DNA from: Neoechinorhynchus agilis
Lineage: Eukaryota > Animalia > Acanthocephala
Reading direction: 5' to 3'
NCBI GenBank assembly: GCA_051530055.1
Contig: CM121342.1
Location: 9,997,480-10,061,479 of the forward strand
Length of the DNA: 64,000 nucleotides
The translations under genes and the position numbers were made by a program. Shown in pieces: positions 25,648 through 38,031 of the stretch (the first letter of the stretch is position 1; every line of letters begins with the position of its first letter). A model generated the notes under the pieces. The model was not told where the DNA came from and did not search any database. It saw only the letters and a program-made list of their open reading frames with translations.

Positions 25648-25812
25648 ATGCTTGTTTATGGTGATGAAAATTTAAAGGAATTTATTAAATCCGATATTTC
25701 GGAGACAATATTGTACGCCTTTATCAAGGTTGTAAATAAACCGTACAAGATTGAGCCCCGAAATATCGGATCTAATAAATTCTTTTAATTTTTCACCGTC
25801 ATAAACAAGCAT
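25648..25812. mobile_element. 165-bp palindromic MITE
   Basis: ATGCTTGTTTATG...CATAAACAAGCAT termini with long internal complementarity (GAATTTATTAAATCCGATATTTCGG / CCGAAATATCGGATCTAATAAATTC). Confidence 0.85.
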
Positions 25813-26149
25813 GAGTAGTTCAAGCTTCAAACAATAGAATCGATACATCTGATCCATCAGCTCTTGAGCATATCTCCAGTTCAATGGAATTCCGATCCTG
25901 GATGAATGTCATCTTATTACCGGCGCCCAAAACGCAATCAAATCTCTTAATTACAAAAAGACCCAGGTTTAGCTCGTGTCTTGGGCTGTAAAAGGACCGA
26001 GGCCCTAACTTCCTCCTGACGACATTGACCAACTTCTTCAAACTCTGCTTGAACACTGGGAATGAAAACACGCCAACATCCTCTCCATCTATATGAAGAA
26101 GGAGGGTTGTACTTAATGCGGAAACAGTCGTGGAAATTCTCTACTTGAT

Positions 26150-26335
26150 TTTGCTGGAAATGTCTTGTACTTCACCGGCTACTTTCACACATCGTCCAGA
26201 AAAAACGCTCTCGATACCATCTTTGATGCCGGAAGTTTAATCGAAAAAGCACGTGAACACAAAAACGTCGCCTTTTTAAAACTCCCGAAAGCTTTCGACA
26301 CCGTGAACCGGGAAATGTGGTCAGTGAATCTAAGG
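26150..26335 (+). mobile_element. Decayed non-LTR (LINE) RT fragment
   Basis: VAFLKLPKAFDTVNREMW resembles the RT motif D..KAFD.V.R. Confidence 0.55.
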
Positions 26336-26513
26336 TAAAAAAATCCATCTGTACTACTTTGGGGTCACTTAAACTACGCTAAGCTAATTTGCTTATCTTT
26401 ACCCTTTTAGGTCATGTGAACTTTCCCATTGTTCATGTGTTCAAAATTCGCGTGACTCTACGAAAAAGGTCTCAGTAGGCCCTACGATCGCTGAGCTTCG
26501 CTATTTGCGAACG

Positions 26514-27038
26514 ATGCTGCTCTTTAGATCTCAATGCTTGGTGGATCCACGCACTGTTCCAGGATGCATTCAAACGTTGCTTCTCATTACATTTCCATTG
26601 TTAGTCTCTCGACTCTCGGAATATGCGTTTTGGTTCAATCACGATAGCGTAATTTCACTAAAACGACCCGCCAATATGATCGATATTCCTTATATAGTGA
26701 TACTCAATGACATTTCCTGTTTTCTCGCAGGTTTCGGCAGTTACTTGGCCGCCGATAAAATCGCTCAGATGCCAATCATATTTGTCGCTTATGTCGGAGT
26801 CGTCTTGAGCTTGTTCATTAGCCGAATCGTATTATTCGTCTTGCATGACATCGAGAAGGCAATGTATCTTAGAGCATTGACTTTCTTCGTTCAACTTGGA
26901 TGTATCGTTATATTTCTTCAACTCAATCTCGTGAGTGGATTGTGCGCAATCGCTATGGCTTCTTATTTGGCTTACAGCGCCTACATTTTGCGAGAAATGG
27001 TTCGACTTAACCGAGCCGTTAGAGTAAAACGGCAGTAA
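26514..27038 (+). CDS. TSPO: TspO/MBR-family membrane protein, copy 2
   Basis: Near-identical to 16003-16527; one visible coding difference (CAA Gln to CGA Arg). Confidence 0.7.
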   Translation: MLLFRSQCLVDPRTVPGCIQTLLLITFPLLVSRLSEYAFWFNHDSVISLKRPANMIDIPYIVILNDISCFLAGFGSYLAADKIAQMPIIFVAYVGVVLSLFISRIVLFVLHDIEKAMYLRALTFFVQLGCIVIFLQLNLVSGLCAIAMASYLAYSAYILREMVRLNRAVRVKRQ

Positions 27039-30000
27039 ACGGCGAGAATCGACGTTCTTATTTAGACTTAGATCTTTCATTCAATAAATTCTAGTCTTAG
27101 TTTGTGGAACGGTTATTTGGTTCTCTTACTTAAACGTGGAAAAATTAGTTCTTATATTTTCTCTTGAATCGTGAGATGTGTATTTAATTTTTTTCTCAAC
27201 AAGAAGAGTTTAAAAACATCTACACCACCGCTCAGCTGCCGTCCTGGATGATCTGAAGAGGCAGTGCATTCTCCACACATTACTGAGAAAACGAAAGGGA
27301 AGACGTCTGAAGTTAGTTGACGATGCCACCACGTTTGAAAGTGTAAAAGATTTTGAAAGATCGTGAAAATGAACAAATATGAACCCTTTAACCACATAAA
27401 AATTGATGAAAAGCAGCTCTTCTCGACGAAGACCATTTTAAACTGCGAAATTTGAACGTTTTCATTTCGATTAATTAGCAGCTCTCCCTCTTGATTATTG
27501 TAACTTTTAAGTGATTAATAAAGCTTTAAGATTGGAACGAATAAAAAGCTACATGAACATTTTGCTCGCGTCTTTATACATTTGCTGCGATTTCTAACTT
27601 TTAGTTTATTTATATGCGATCCACACTAATGTTCCGTCCAAGTTAACTGGATTATGAACTTCTGCCGAACGTGGTTGATATTAGCAATAAAGGATGCTCA
27701 TCGCTATGGTAACAATTTATTTAAGAATTTTCAAACCAATTTTGGTTCTTAGATGGCTCCCATTTTTATTTTAGATTATGAATGGCAGCAAACATGCACT
27801 GAAGTTGAAGTATTATTTTGCTCCTTGAACTTTAGGGATCTATCAGTGATAGTTGATACGAAATACGTTAAGGTAATTGAAATCATTCAAATGATTTTTT
27901 AATAATTATTGATCACAAGGTATCGTGTTCTCCATAATGCATTGGTTGGTGATTATCACAATTGATCCCCAATCAGCGCTACATATCTTGGAACTATTTC
28001 TTAGCAATGAAATCGATGTTAACTCAATTAAATTGATGAGAGTTGAACATAGGAGCGTTCTAAAATTCAGTAAAGCAGAATCGATTGAGTGGGCATCGTT
28101 AGTAGATAACAGCCTCGGTGAGTCTGCCAATATGAAACTAAATAGTTTCCCAGTTATTAGCAAATTAAAATTGATGTTAAAAATCAATTAAATGGGTTCA
28201 TTAGTTCGATTTTCGCGGATTGTTTACCTATGGTAATTTAATGATATTCATGAGTCAACGAAAATTCTTTTTTATCGATTTAAAATATATTGATGACAAT
28301 CGTATTTAACAATTAGGCTTGACTAAGTTGTGGAGGTAAAAATCACTTTCTATTGTTATTTTAAGCACATAAAATTTTTCCAACGTGCAAACCTAGATTG
28401 AATATAACATCATTGCGATGCTCTACGTTTAAAAATTCATTGGAAATGTCTTTATTCCTTTTTCTATTGTCACAAATATGCACTTTAAAAGTACGATAAA
28501 ATTTTTGAACACATTTACCTTGGGTAAAATCAAGCAACAAGTTTACCTCGTGGTTCGAAATGAGTTTGGTAACCAGATTAAAGTTTGTTCTTGAAAAGCA
28601 AAAGATAACAGAAAAAATCATAAAGGAAAAATTATTTAATGTTCATCCAAAAGTTAACAAAGCGCAAAATATTGAAATTATTCACAATGTAGCATTAGGA
28701 AACGCAATATAAACTATAAATAAAAATTTCTAGCCGTTTTATTTTGCTGAGTGAAATATTGAACGGCGACCATTAATATAGGAAAAAAGAAGAAACAAGA
28801 CGTAAGGGAAGAAGCTGTGGTTCGAACAAGTGAAAGATGCCAATTAAATATAGAAGCAAGGAAAAACAGTGCATATATATTAAAACGTTCAAATATAAAG
28901 GAATCCTTAAAAGTGGGTGTACTTTCAGTCTTAGGTATTGTCATGAAAAATAAAGGAATGTGAAATCATGCGACAATCAAAAAAAGAAGAAGTTAATAAA
29001 CTTTGCCTGAACATTAACAAGCACGCAACGAAAACTGTTCCGTGCGGTGGGAACGCACTGATGGAAGATAAAGTGAAAATTGTACCAACTTTTAAGCAAT
29101 TAGATGCAGGAAAACGAAGAAAGACTATTATATTTGAACATACGAAAGGAAAAGTTATTGCTCGTTCTGAATAAACGCAAAAAATTGAACAATAAGATAA
29201 TAAAAAAACTAAGATTTCATTTTGCCACCTCGATGATATATGAAAATGTTTAATACTTGGGACATAGCGAATATCTAAAATAAGCTCCGGTTGTTAAGAA
29301 TCTTTGATCGTTAATATTATAAAATCATTTAAGATTTAAGCGGCACTTTAAGAGGTCGTCAATGTTTTCAACTCGTTTACACCGTTCAGATCCAAATAAC
29401 AATTTTCATCACCGTCGACAATAAATGAAGATTTACGTCATCTAACAATTTTTGCTTTATATGTTGTGTTTTTCTTATAAACAAATTTAATATTTCCAAA
29501 TATGTGTTAGTCGATACTTTGCATTGTAGAATTCTCGAGAAAAACGATTATTGTAGAAGATATTTAGATGCTAATTGAAGTCAACAAACTTGCGAAACAA
29601 CCTTGATAAACGCGTAAAAAACTAGCCTTTTAACTCCATTCGCTATTTGTTGTCATCTAATTTCGTACTTATTTTGTCAGCATAGCTTCTTAAAAATTTA
29701 GCGTAATTCTTGGGGAGAATTGATAATTGAACAATTAGAAAGATTTCCAATTTATAGTAAATTTCTCTACAATAATGTCTAATAAAAAACCATTCGTCCT
29801 GTGGATTTCGTCGTGTTCGTTTACGCTCAGTCTCAATTATGCCAAGTAGGATATTATTTTTATAATAAAACTAAGAAACTGCACCAGTAAGCGTTTTACA
29901 CACATTAAATTGATAAAATTATTTTTACTAGTGTTAGAGCATCGAAACATACATTTAATTTAGTTTTATGTCAGTTTGTAGGTGGAAATATGAGGTGAAG

Positions 30001-30584
30001 TAACATGAATAAACAGTTGATGTGAAGATGAGTGACTCCACAAATGTGTCTAACCAATAGGAAGTGTTAGTAGTCTAATAAAAGGGTCCGCCCTTTAAAT
30101 ATCATCAGATGAAAAATTTCTTTATTCGGTAAAATGGTTATAAATTGTTTTTATCAAGAAAACGGTGCTAACGCTTTAATTAATTTTTGCGTATTTCGAC
30201 TTGTAGTAGCTACAAATTTTTAAAATAATTCTTCGATAAAACGCAAGTGCTTCATAAAATAAATCACAAAATTGTGACTTTCTTCATTGATAAAAAATTG
30301 CAGCTAAGTGTTCTTGTCTGAACTAAACAACGAAATTAAAAAATATAAGCAGTTGATGCTTCAATTATTGCATTATGTTTCTTCATTTTTAAAGTTTTTG
30401 CGAGCAAAATAAATTCGAAAAAGGAAACCGTTAGCAATCCTTGTAGCTGATTGCAATTTAATCACACAACAGGAAAACTCTCTAATTGACGAACCTTTGT
30501 TTTATTCCATAAGTAAGGAAATTATGTCATTGTTTAAATTAATGACCAATGTTCCTTTTTATCACGACAAATTTTCCCAATGTT

Positions 30585-32315
30585 TTAGGCGTCCCCTATT
30601 CTCTGATAATAGACTGCCTTCTCTTGACCGTCCTCGCCAATCAATTTTGTCACTGTGCTGCTGCCAAGGCTCCAACTTGCAACGTGATCGGCAACCACAA
30701 ATGGCCCACTGTAATCTCGTATCCTTGACGATCCAAGCCGGCTATAGACTCTAAGATTAGTTCTTGGCCTTACAATGATTTGTCCGGGCTGGTTATTTGA
30801 ACCATTTGAGCCGATGATTGATGAGAAATAGAAAACTATTTCTGGTTGTTGATCGATTTTTCTACGTAAACACCATCCTCTCATGTCCTGCTCTCGATTG
30901 GCAGAAGTGTTAGCCAACAAAATAAAAGAACCACTCGGATCTATTTCATCAATAAAAATAGGCCCGCGAGCTGATTTATGCACTGATATCCTTTCAGCTT
31001 TCATCGAACTTTTCCAATCAGAATCCATTGATCCATTATGAATTCCTCCTGCTAGGCGAATTTCTTCACCTTCAAGAAGTCGTCTGTATGTATTAATTTC
31101 AAATCGAAGACTAACATTGCTCTCCATGGCAGTTGAAAGAGCTTGTTCGCGATCCGAAATCTCCGCCTTAACTCTGTATATTTCAGCTTCCTTTTCAGAA
31201 TCTTCTCTCATTTGTTCAGATCGTAACCGATCATACATGTCTTCGATCTCCCTAAGACGTGATTCGAGGTCAATGCGCTCCTTTTGCAGCTCACCCAGCT
31301 CTTGTCGGCTTTGGGCAATGTCAGACCTAAGATTAGAAGTTACTTCGTGACGATCACCACCATTTAATTGCCGGAGTTCTTGGTATTTTCGGTACTCTTC
31401 GGTTACTTGCTCCTTAATCTCTTCAGTTTTTACTTTGTAATATTCCTCCATTTCAATCTGTTGGGCACGATTCAACTGATCGAAATCACGCCGTATGTCA
31501 GAAATAGCTTTTGTAAGCTCAGCGCGATAAAACTGACTGGTGTCTATGCTTGGGACACATAGTGCTTTAAGTTCATTAATTTCATCTTCATGGACAGCCC
31601 TAAGAAAAGAAAGTTGATCCTCGAGAGTTTGAAGATCGTTTTGAAGTTGAACTCTAGCAAGCGATTCTGAGTCCAGATCGTTCTTTACCTGCTCCATTTG
31701 TTCGATTAATCTTTCCATTTCCGCCCTATATCTATTAAGATCATCCACCAAATCCCGATATTTTGATTCTAGCAGAGTGATTTCATTAGTCAACGAATCC
31801 CGTAGTTGACTTAGGCCACTTAACTTCTGCTGATCACTCAGTACAGAATCATTATCAAAATCAATTTGACGTTTGATCATATCACAATCATACATAGCTC
31901 GCTTCATACGAAGTTCCATGAGCGCCTTATCCTTTGTAGCTTCGTCTATTTGACGACGTAAAGCGATTAAATCTGAGTCGAATTGATCCCTAACACGGCC
32001 ACTTTCGAACCCCCATTTCGCTCGAACTCCGTCGAGGTCCTCTTCCAATTTCTTGTTTTGACCTTCAAGGTACCTTACACGGCCTAAATAAGTTGCAAAT
32101 TTTGTGTTCAACTCTTGAAGTTCACGTTTGTCATCTTCACATTGGGACATCATTGTTTTCATTGCTCCCATTGGCTTGCTGGGACCGTTAGCGTTTACCA
32201 TACCATTTGGCAAATCCGTTTCAGCGAACTTTTCACGGACGCCTCGTTCAATCACCGTTCGACGGACTATGCTTTCCAAGGGTGCTGTAGACACTGCAGG
32301 TTGTACCGCTGCCAT
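30585..32315 (-). CDS. Cytoplasmic intermediate filament protein, protostome L-type with lamin-tail domain, intronless (~576 aa)
   Basis: Coil 1a LQELNTKFATYLGRVRYLE, RAKWG linker, EINTYRRLLEGEE rod end, LTD (KSARGPIFIDEIDPSGSFILLAN); no NLS or CaaX; likely ATG at 32315. Confidence 0.92.
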   Translation of the reverse strand: MAAVQPAVSTAPLESIVRRTVIERGVREKFAETDLPNGMVNANGPSKPMGAMKTMMSQCEDDKRELQELNTKFATYLGRVRYLEGQNKKLEEDLDGVRAKWGFESGRVRDQFDSDLIALRRQIDEATKDKALMELRMKRAMYDCDMIKRQIDFDNDSVLSDQQKLSGLSQLRDSLTNEITLLESKYRDLVDDLNRYRAEMERLIEQMEQVKNDLDSESLARVQLQNDLQTLEDQLSFLRAVHEDEINELKALCVPSIDTSQFYRAELTKAISDIRRDFDQLNRAQQIEMEEYYKVKTEEIKEQVTEEYRKYQELRQLNGGDRHEVTSNLRSDIAQSRQELGELQKERIDLESRLREIEDMYDRLRSEQMREDSEKEAEIYRVKAEISDREQALSTAMESNVSLRFEINTYRRLLEGEEIRLAGGIHNGSMDSDWKSSMKAERISVHKSARGPIFIDEIDPSGSFILLANTSANREQDMRGWCLRRKIDQQPEIVFYFSSIIGSNGSNNQPGQIIVRPRTNLRVYSRLGSSRIRDYSGPFVVADHVASWSLGSSTVTKLIGEDGQEKAVYYQRIGDA

Positions 32316-33156
32316 CTTTAAAAACCCAAAAGATATTGAGAACTTCTTTAAATAAGTAGGCACACAAGCATGCTCAATGTGAACGTGTTGTTTTACTTTC
32401 CTCACGTGACTACAATGAATTCGTGAAGCAGGAAAGGCGGTGCCAACTCCTCTATGTCACCACTATCAGAACACTTGATGAAATGTAACTCCGGAAAAAA
32501 ATTCGTGCTTCTCGTCCACAAAAATTTACATTACTCAGCTTAGCTCTTTTGGAAACCAAACCCGCAAAGTAAAAAAGTACACTTGCGTCTCGTGTTTGAA
32601 TCTATAAAAGCACTATTTTTTCTATCACAGCGACAATTGACAAGCAGACTTGAGATAATGGACAATCTGTCTCAATTACTTCATTGAGACATCATCAAAA
32701 ACGACAATATGTCAAAGAACATTGGACCTTATCATATATAACCTTGAACCTCATAATAGTATTCGGGTTCCGTAAAGCAACAGGTAACGGATAGATTTTA
32801 TTAAATGCACTTTTGCTTAAATGAAAGTAAAAAGGATCCCATAAAATCGGGAAAAGAAATAAAGATGACTAATCAAATATATCAGAAGACGAGGCATGGC
32901 AGCAGCAGTAAAGATTCTTTGACATCAACGAGAATCTGACCTATTCGCCTTTGTATGTTCCCCCAAGCCATTGTTCCTCTACCAACTGTCATCGTGCATT
33001 TCCTACGGTCTCGTAAATGTACATTCTCAACGGCGGGAGACCGAGAGATGTGGAGACGACAATATACTCCTTCCTTTAGTATGCATCTGTCGCCATCTAT
33101 ACGAGGAAGAGAGAGTTAAAGGGACGTATCTAAACACCTGTCCGGTTATGCAACTC

Positions 33157-33738
33157 CGGTTAATGAAGTCCACGTGGACGGCGATCATTACGGGGACTTT
33201 ACTGATATGGTCAATATGCTGAAGCACGGAAATGGTGGCGAGAAAGTTTATGAAATCCAATCAACCGGTCAAAAGATATCTGATTTCGTACAAATACAAT
33301 GAAGAACAAGTTTAAATTATAAATTTAAAAATTAATATTCATCCTTTTCTCCGATTAATGAAGTCCACGTGGACGGCGATCATTACGAGGGCTTTACTGA
33401 TATGGTCAATATGCTGAAGCACAGAAATGGTGGCGAAAAAGTTTATGAAATCCAATCAACCGGTCAAAAGATATCTGATTTCGTACAAATACAATGAAGA
33501 ACAAGTTTAAATTATAATCTACAAAATTAATATTCATCCTTTTCTCCGATTAATGAAGTCCACGTGGACGGCGATCATTACGGGGACTTCACTGATATGG
33601 TCAATATGCTGAAGCACGGAAATGGTGGCGAAAAAGTTTATGAAATCCAATCAACCGGTCAAAATATATCTGATTTCGTACAAATACAATGAAGAACAAG
33701 TTTAAATTATAATCTACAAAATTAATATTCATCCTTTT
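33157..33738 (+). repeat. Tandem triplication, 3 x 195 bp, of a coding-like 3' end
   Basis: TTAATGAAGTCCACGTGGAC at 33160, 33355 and 33550. Confidence 0.95.
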
Positions 33739-34979
33739 AATATTTTGTACTTTTCCGCGTAGAACTTCTTCAGAATTACTTGAAAGTTTATTAGTCATAC
33801 TTGCAAGCTTGTGTTTAGAAATCTCACATGCAAGCGTAAAAGACTAAATATCAAATCATTTTACGTTATTTTGTTCTCATTAAAACCAGTCAGTTGAAAT
33901 ACATTTTGAAATGTTCTTATCGTCACGAATCGCAACAGTTCTGAATACGTAACTTTCTTAGAGCAGCTCACTGAATGTCGACACTCGGAGCTGTCTAGTA
34001 TTTTAAGTTAGCTTCGATCAATTCTTGGCCTTACAAAGGAAATTACTTGGATGCCAAAATACAACTCTTTAAACAGTCTGCATACTAAGATTATTAGAAA
34101 TGTAAATTATAATGGATTTGAATTGGATTTCGAATGCGGTATTTTGTCGGACACTATGAGGAAATTAGTAAAAATGTGTTTAAGGAAACAGAATTATATT
34201 TACATCGATGTTGAAGGCATTGTAAGATAACATTTTAACAACGTTCTCGTTAAGTTACAACAAAGCTCGCCCCTGCTTCCCTTTGGATTCACAGAAAATT
34301 CGATAACTGTAGCAGTCGTGAATTGTGTCGAGACCATAAAATTATTTATGGCATCAATGAATTTGCGTTTCGAAATTTCGTACACAAAATCCAAGCAAGA
34401 TTATTCAAAGGAAACAGAAGACTAAAGAAGTACTTATTATAGGAAATTAAGTATTACCTTAGCTCGAAACTCAACTGGAATATGTCTCCAGCTATTGCCG
34501 TTTTCTATATGCAATTCTGCTCATTTTTATTTCACCATTAAAATTAATTTATTTGATTTTTTTTAATGTATAAAACTTTGACCTTCGGTTGAGAAAAAAA
34601 TTTGACTACTGGTGAGACATTCCAATAAAAGTATATTTATACCCCACTTAAAATCAAAGTATCAGTTCAATAAATTGTAATAACAACATATATTATATAT
34701 GTAAAATTATGCGTCTTTTTACTAATATAATCAACATTTGAAGATTTTAGTTGTTCCTGATTATTACATCCCTTCCTCGGTTAAAATGTTTTCCTTTTTG
34801 GCATGAAGCCGCACCGAGAAAAACTTTAAAGCCGAGGAAGGGATGTAATAGTCTGAATCGATAGAACCAGGTTGCTAGTAACATTTAAGAATTATAGTTA
34901 TGCATTCAAAAACATAAATTATTAAGTTAAAGGCATTGATTTTGCGCTTTGAACATAGATTTTAATTCAACGCTTTAAT

Positions 34980-37336
34980 TCACTCAATTATCAAAGTAGG
35001 AAATCCTGTTTCTGCATCAAATGATTTATCGTCCAACCATTTTTTAACGTCAAAATTTGCTCCCAAATCAATGCTTTCCGCTTCAATGTGAACATGATGG
35101 ACGAACCATTTTTCGGTACTGTTACTTTCCAACCATAACTTCACTCTAATAATATTCATGCCGATTATTGGCCCTTCTATCTCAAAAACATCCACAGTGT
35201 TCTTTTTAAAGGGTTGCTTGTTTGTCGTACTGTCTTTTAATGGAATATTTTCAAAACTATCCTTATCGCCATACAAAGAAATAAAGACATTTACTTCGGA
35301 ATTCTTGATTCCACCATCACCAGTCCTTATTTCTATTTTATATTTTACATTTTTATCATTTCTTAACTCGCTTTTTTGCTGACTTTCATTCTTTAATTGT
35401 TTTGACTCAATAGTATTGCCCGTCGTTTGATCTTAAAAGGAATATGAAACCTATGCGAATCCATTGTGCACTTTATAAATACCGGAAATATCAGATTCGT
35501 CCATAGACGGAGCAGGTTTTTCCAGTGCTTGTTTGGATGATGTTTTCGACAATTTTCTTTTTAACTCTAAAAATAAAAAGAGATGCCAAAATTTCATGAA
35601 ACATAATACATACTTTTGCTTAACTTGGTGAATATATTATCTTTTTTATGGGACTTACTTTTTTCGGATTCATTTCCATCAGAATGATCATCCCTGGATG
35701 TTGATTTTGAACTCTTTTTTTCCCGTTGAGGTGGTTTCTGTGTGCTTGTATCTATCAAGGAGATAGGAAAGATGCGAGTACATCAAGCAATTTATTCTGC
35801 TCACCTTCGACACTATCAGTTTCAGATAAATGTTCCTCTACTAAAAATAATGATTAGATAAATGTTCTAATAAGTTACATTAAAAAATATAGACTTCTTA
35901 AGTGCACTGCTACAGATTAACCGAAAATAAGGAACAATTCCCTTTAATCGCTGTTCTATTGGTAGCTTAAAGTAAACATTTCACCTATTAAATCGTAGGC
36001 CAAATTTCCTAATTATCTTACATTCTTCGTTCTCTTGACCATCCGGACTCTCATTTTGGAAAAACAACTTTTTAATCGATCCATCCTTTTCAGTTGGTGA
36101 AATGATTGAATGTACATCGAATCTGCGATTATCGACTTAATAGTTCTATAACTGACGACAAAGCTTACAATAAATATCGCTCCTCCGTTTCCTCATGCCA
36201 AAACACTTCAATCGTTTCTATACTCCATTCTTCAATATAATCATTAGGATGCCTTAGTTCAACTTTTTCAATATCTTTTAGTTTTTTGGCTGTAAAAGTA
36301 GTTGTAATTTTAGAATTGGGCTCAATGATTTGACTGGATGCAGAAGATGAATTGATATTCACATATTGTGTTGAATTTTGGTAATCGAACAGTTTTAAAA
36401 GTATAAGCGTTGACTGATAATCTCCTTTTGTCTTTAGTGCAATTGATCCTACTGTTACCACTATTCCATATTCAACGACTATTAGAAAGATGTGAATATT
36501 TGAATTCGATTAAGGAAACATTACCTTCGTCGATATCGGAAACTAGATTAGATCTTCTGAAAAAATATAGAGTAAATTCGACTTTTTCTCTTAAAAAATA
36601 CCAACTTTCGCTCTTCGGCTTTCTGTTCATATTCTCCATTCAAGTTCTGCAAAGCTTTCAATACTTGAGTCATAGATAAGAACACACTCTCGCAAACCGG
36701 TAGTACCAGCGCAGTCTGCCCTATTTTCTCGATTAAATCGAAACCATTGTACACATGGTCGAGTTTTGATTTCAGATCAACTAATAAGTCTTTAATATCT
36801 TGAACACCTTCCATATCCTTCAGCTCATTTGAATTTAAAACAACATAGAGTTGCTCATTGAAACGCAAACGAGCTTCATGTGCACCTGAACACAGTTGTA
36901 CACTTAAATCCGGCTTAGTTCGTCTTAGAGCATTTAATTGTCGAACAGATCTTGTTACTGATTGACAACACGTATCGATTTCATGTTTAGCTTGATCAAT
37001 TTTATCTGAAACCCCAACTCGAACGGTGCATCCTGCATCTTTGAGAAATTTGGTCCGTCTTTGTGAGAGCTTACATTCTTCTTTTTGCTTGTATAAATGT
37101 GCAGTCGATTCATTTTCCGCCAAAATCTCCAGTTCTTCTCTTATTTGAGCTTTTTCGACTTCTTTGCTTGCATTAAGTTTATAATTTTGCTCAGCATCCA
37201 CTCGACTCCGTTCGTCTTCTAAAGAAGCAAATTGAAAGTGGATATCAAGAGACGTTATGCAATGAAAACAAGTGTTGGTCAAATGAGTAGAGGTTCGAAA
37301 TAAACGGACAACCATCAGGTTCGCTTCGTCTGACAT
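34980..37336 (-). CDS. Multi-exon protein with coiled-coil N-terminus and two PLAT/LH2 domains
   Basis: YKIEIRTGD..VFISLYGDK..F.K...DVFEIE..W....V...WL and a second PLAT-like repeat (EYGIVVTVG...EWSIETIEV). About 7 phase-consistent GT-AG introns traced; 5' end uncertain. Confidence 0.7.
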
Positions 37337-38031
37337 TTCCAAGCTATTAAATTCTCAACTGTACATCCAGTTAGTACAAAACATTTATCTAGTTGCTATG
37401 ACAACGACGTAGCTCTAAGATTTTGAATGGACTGGGTTTTCTTATAAAATTCTATTTTAAACATTTAATCAGGATCCACGGAAATCGTTCACTGGAGATT
37501 ATGACCATCACCAAAGAGTTTAAAGCACTTTTTCTAGGCCATTCCATTCAATGGTGCTAACAATATACGCCCTCCCGATGGAATTTTTGATTTTTATTTT
37601 ATCTATGTGACAACTACAAACCATGAAACCTTTGATGTTTCAAACAAAGTTTAAAGAATTTCACAAACGAATATTTCTAAAGAGGAAGGAACAAGCTTAG
37701 CATTTGAAAATGATAAATCCGAGTAAACTTCTTTTTGATTGCTCTATTTGCTTAATTGAAAACAATCAAGCATAATTTTCACAAAAATCCGACCGATTAA
37801 TTTTTTACAGTTTTGTTTATCCAATGCCAAACATGTACTCATCCATAATATTCGCAAAATCTAAACAAAATTCAAAATAAAGCTGCTTGGATATTTTTTT
37901 ATTTGTTTAAGTGCTCAATCACAAACATTCGACCATCAAAACTTCCTGCAAGTTTCAAAAAAATCCTCAAACGAATGCTTCAAAAGTGAAGAACATTCGC
38001 GGAAATATTCATAATAAAAATAGTCAAAATT

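Noticed and set aside
27900-29180. Several short ORFs on both strands
   Set aside because: No recognisable motif or consistent exon chain; cannot be supported as a gene
36119-36170. Possible non-canonical junction in the PLAT gene
   Set aside because: Resolved as a normal 46-nt GTAAGC...CGCAG intron giving EERYLLFDVHSII
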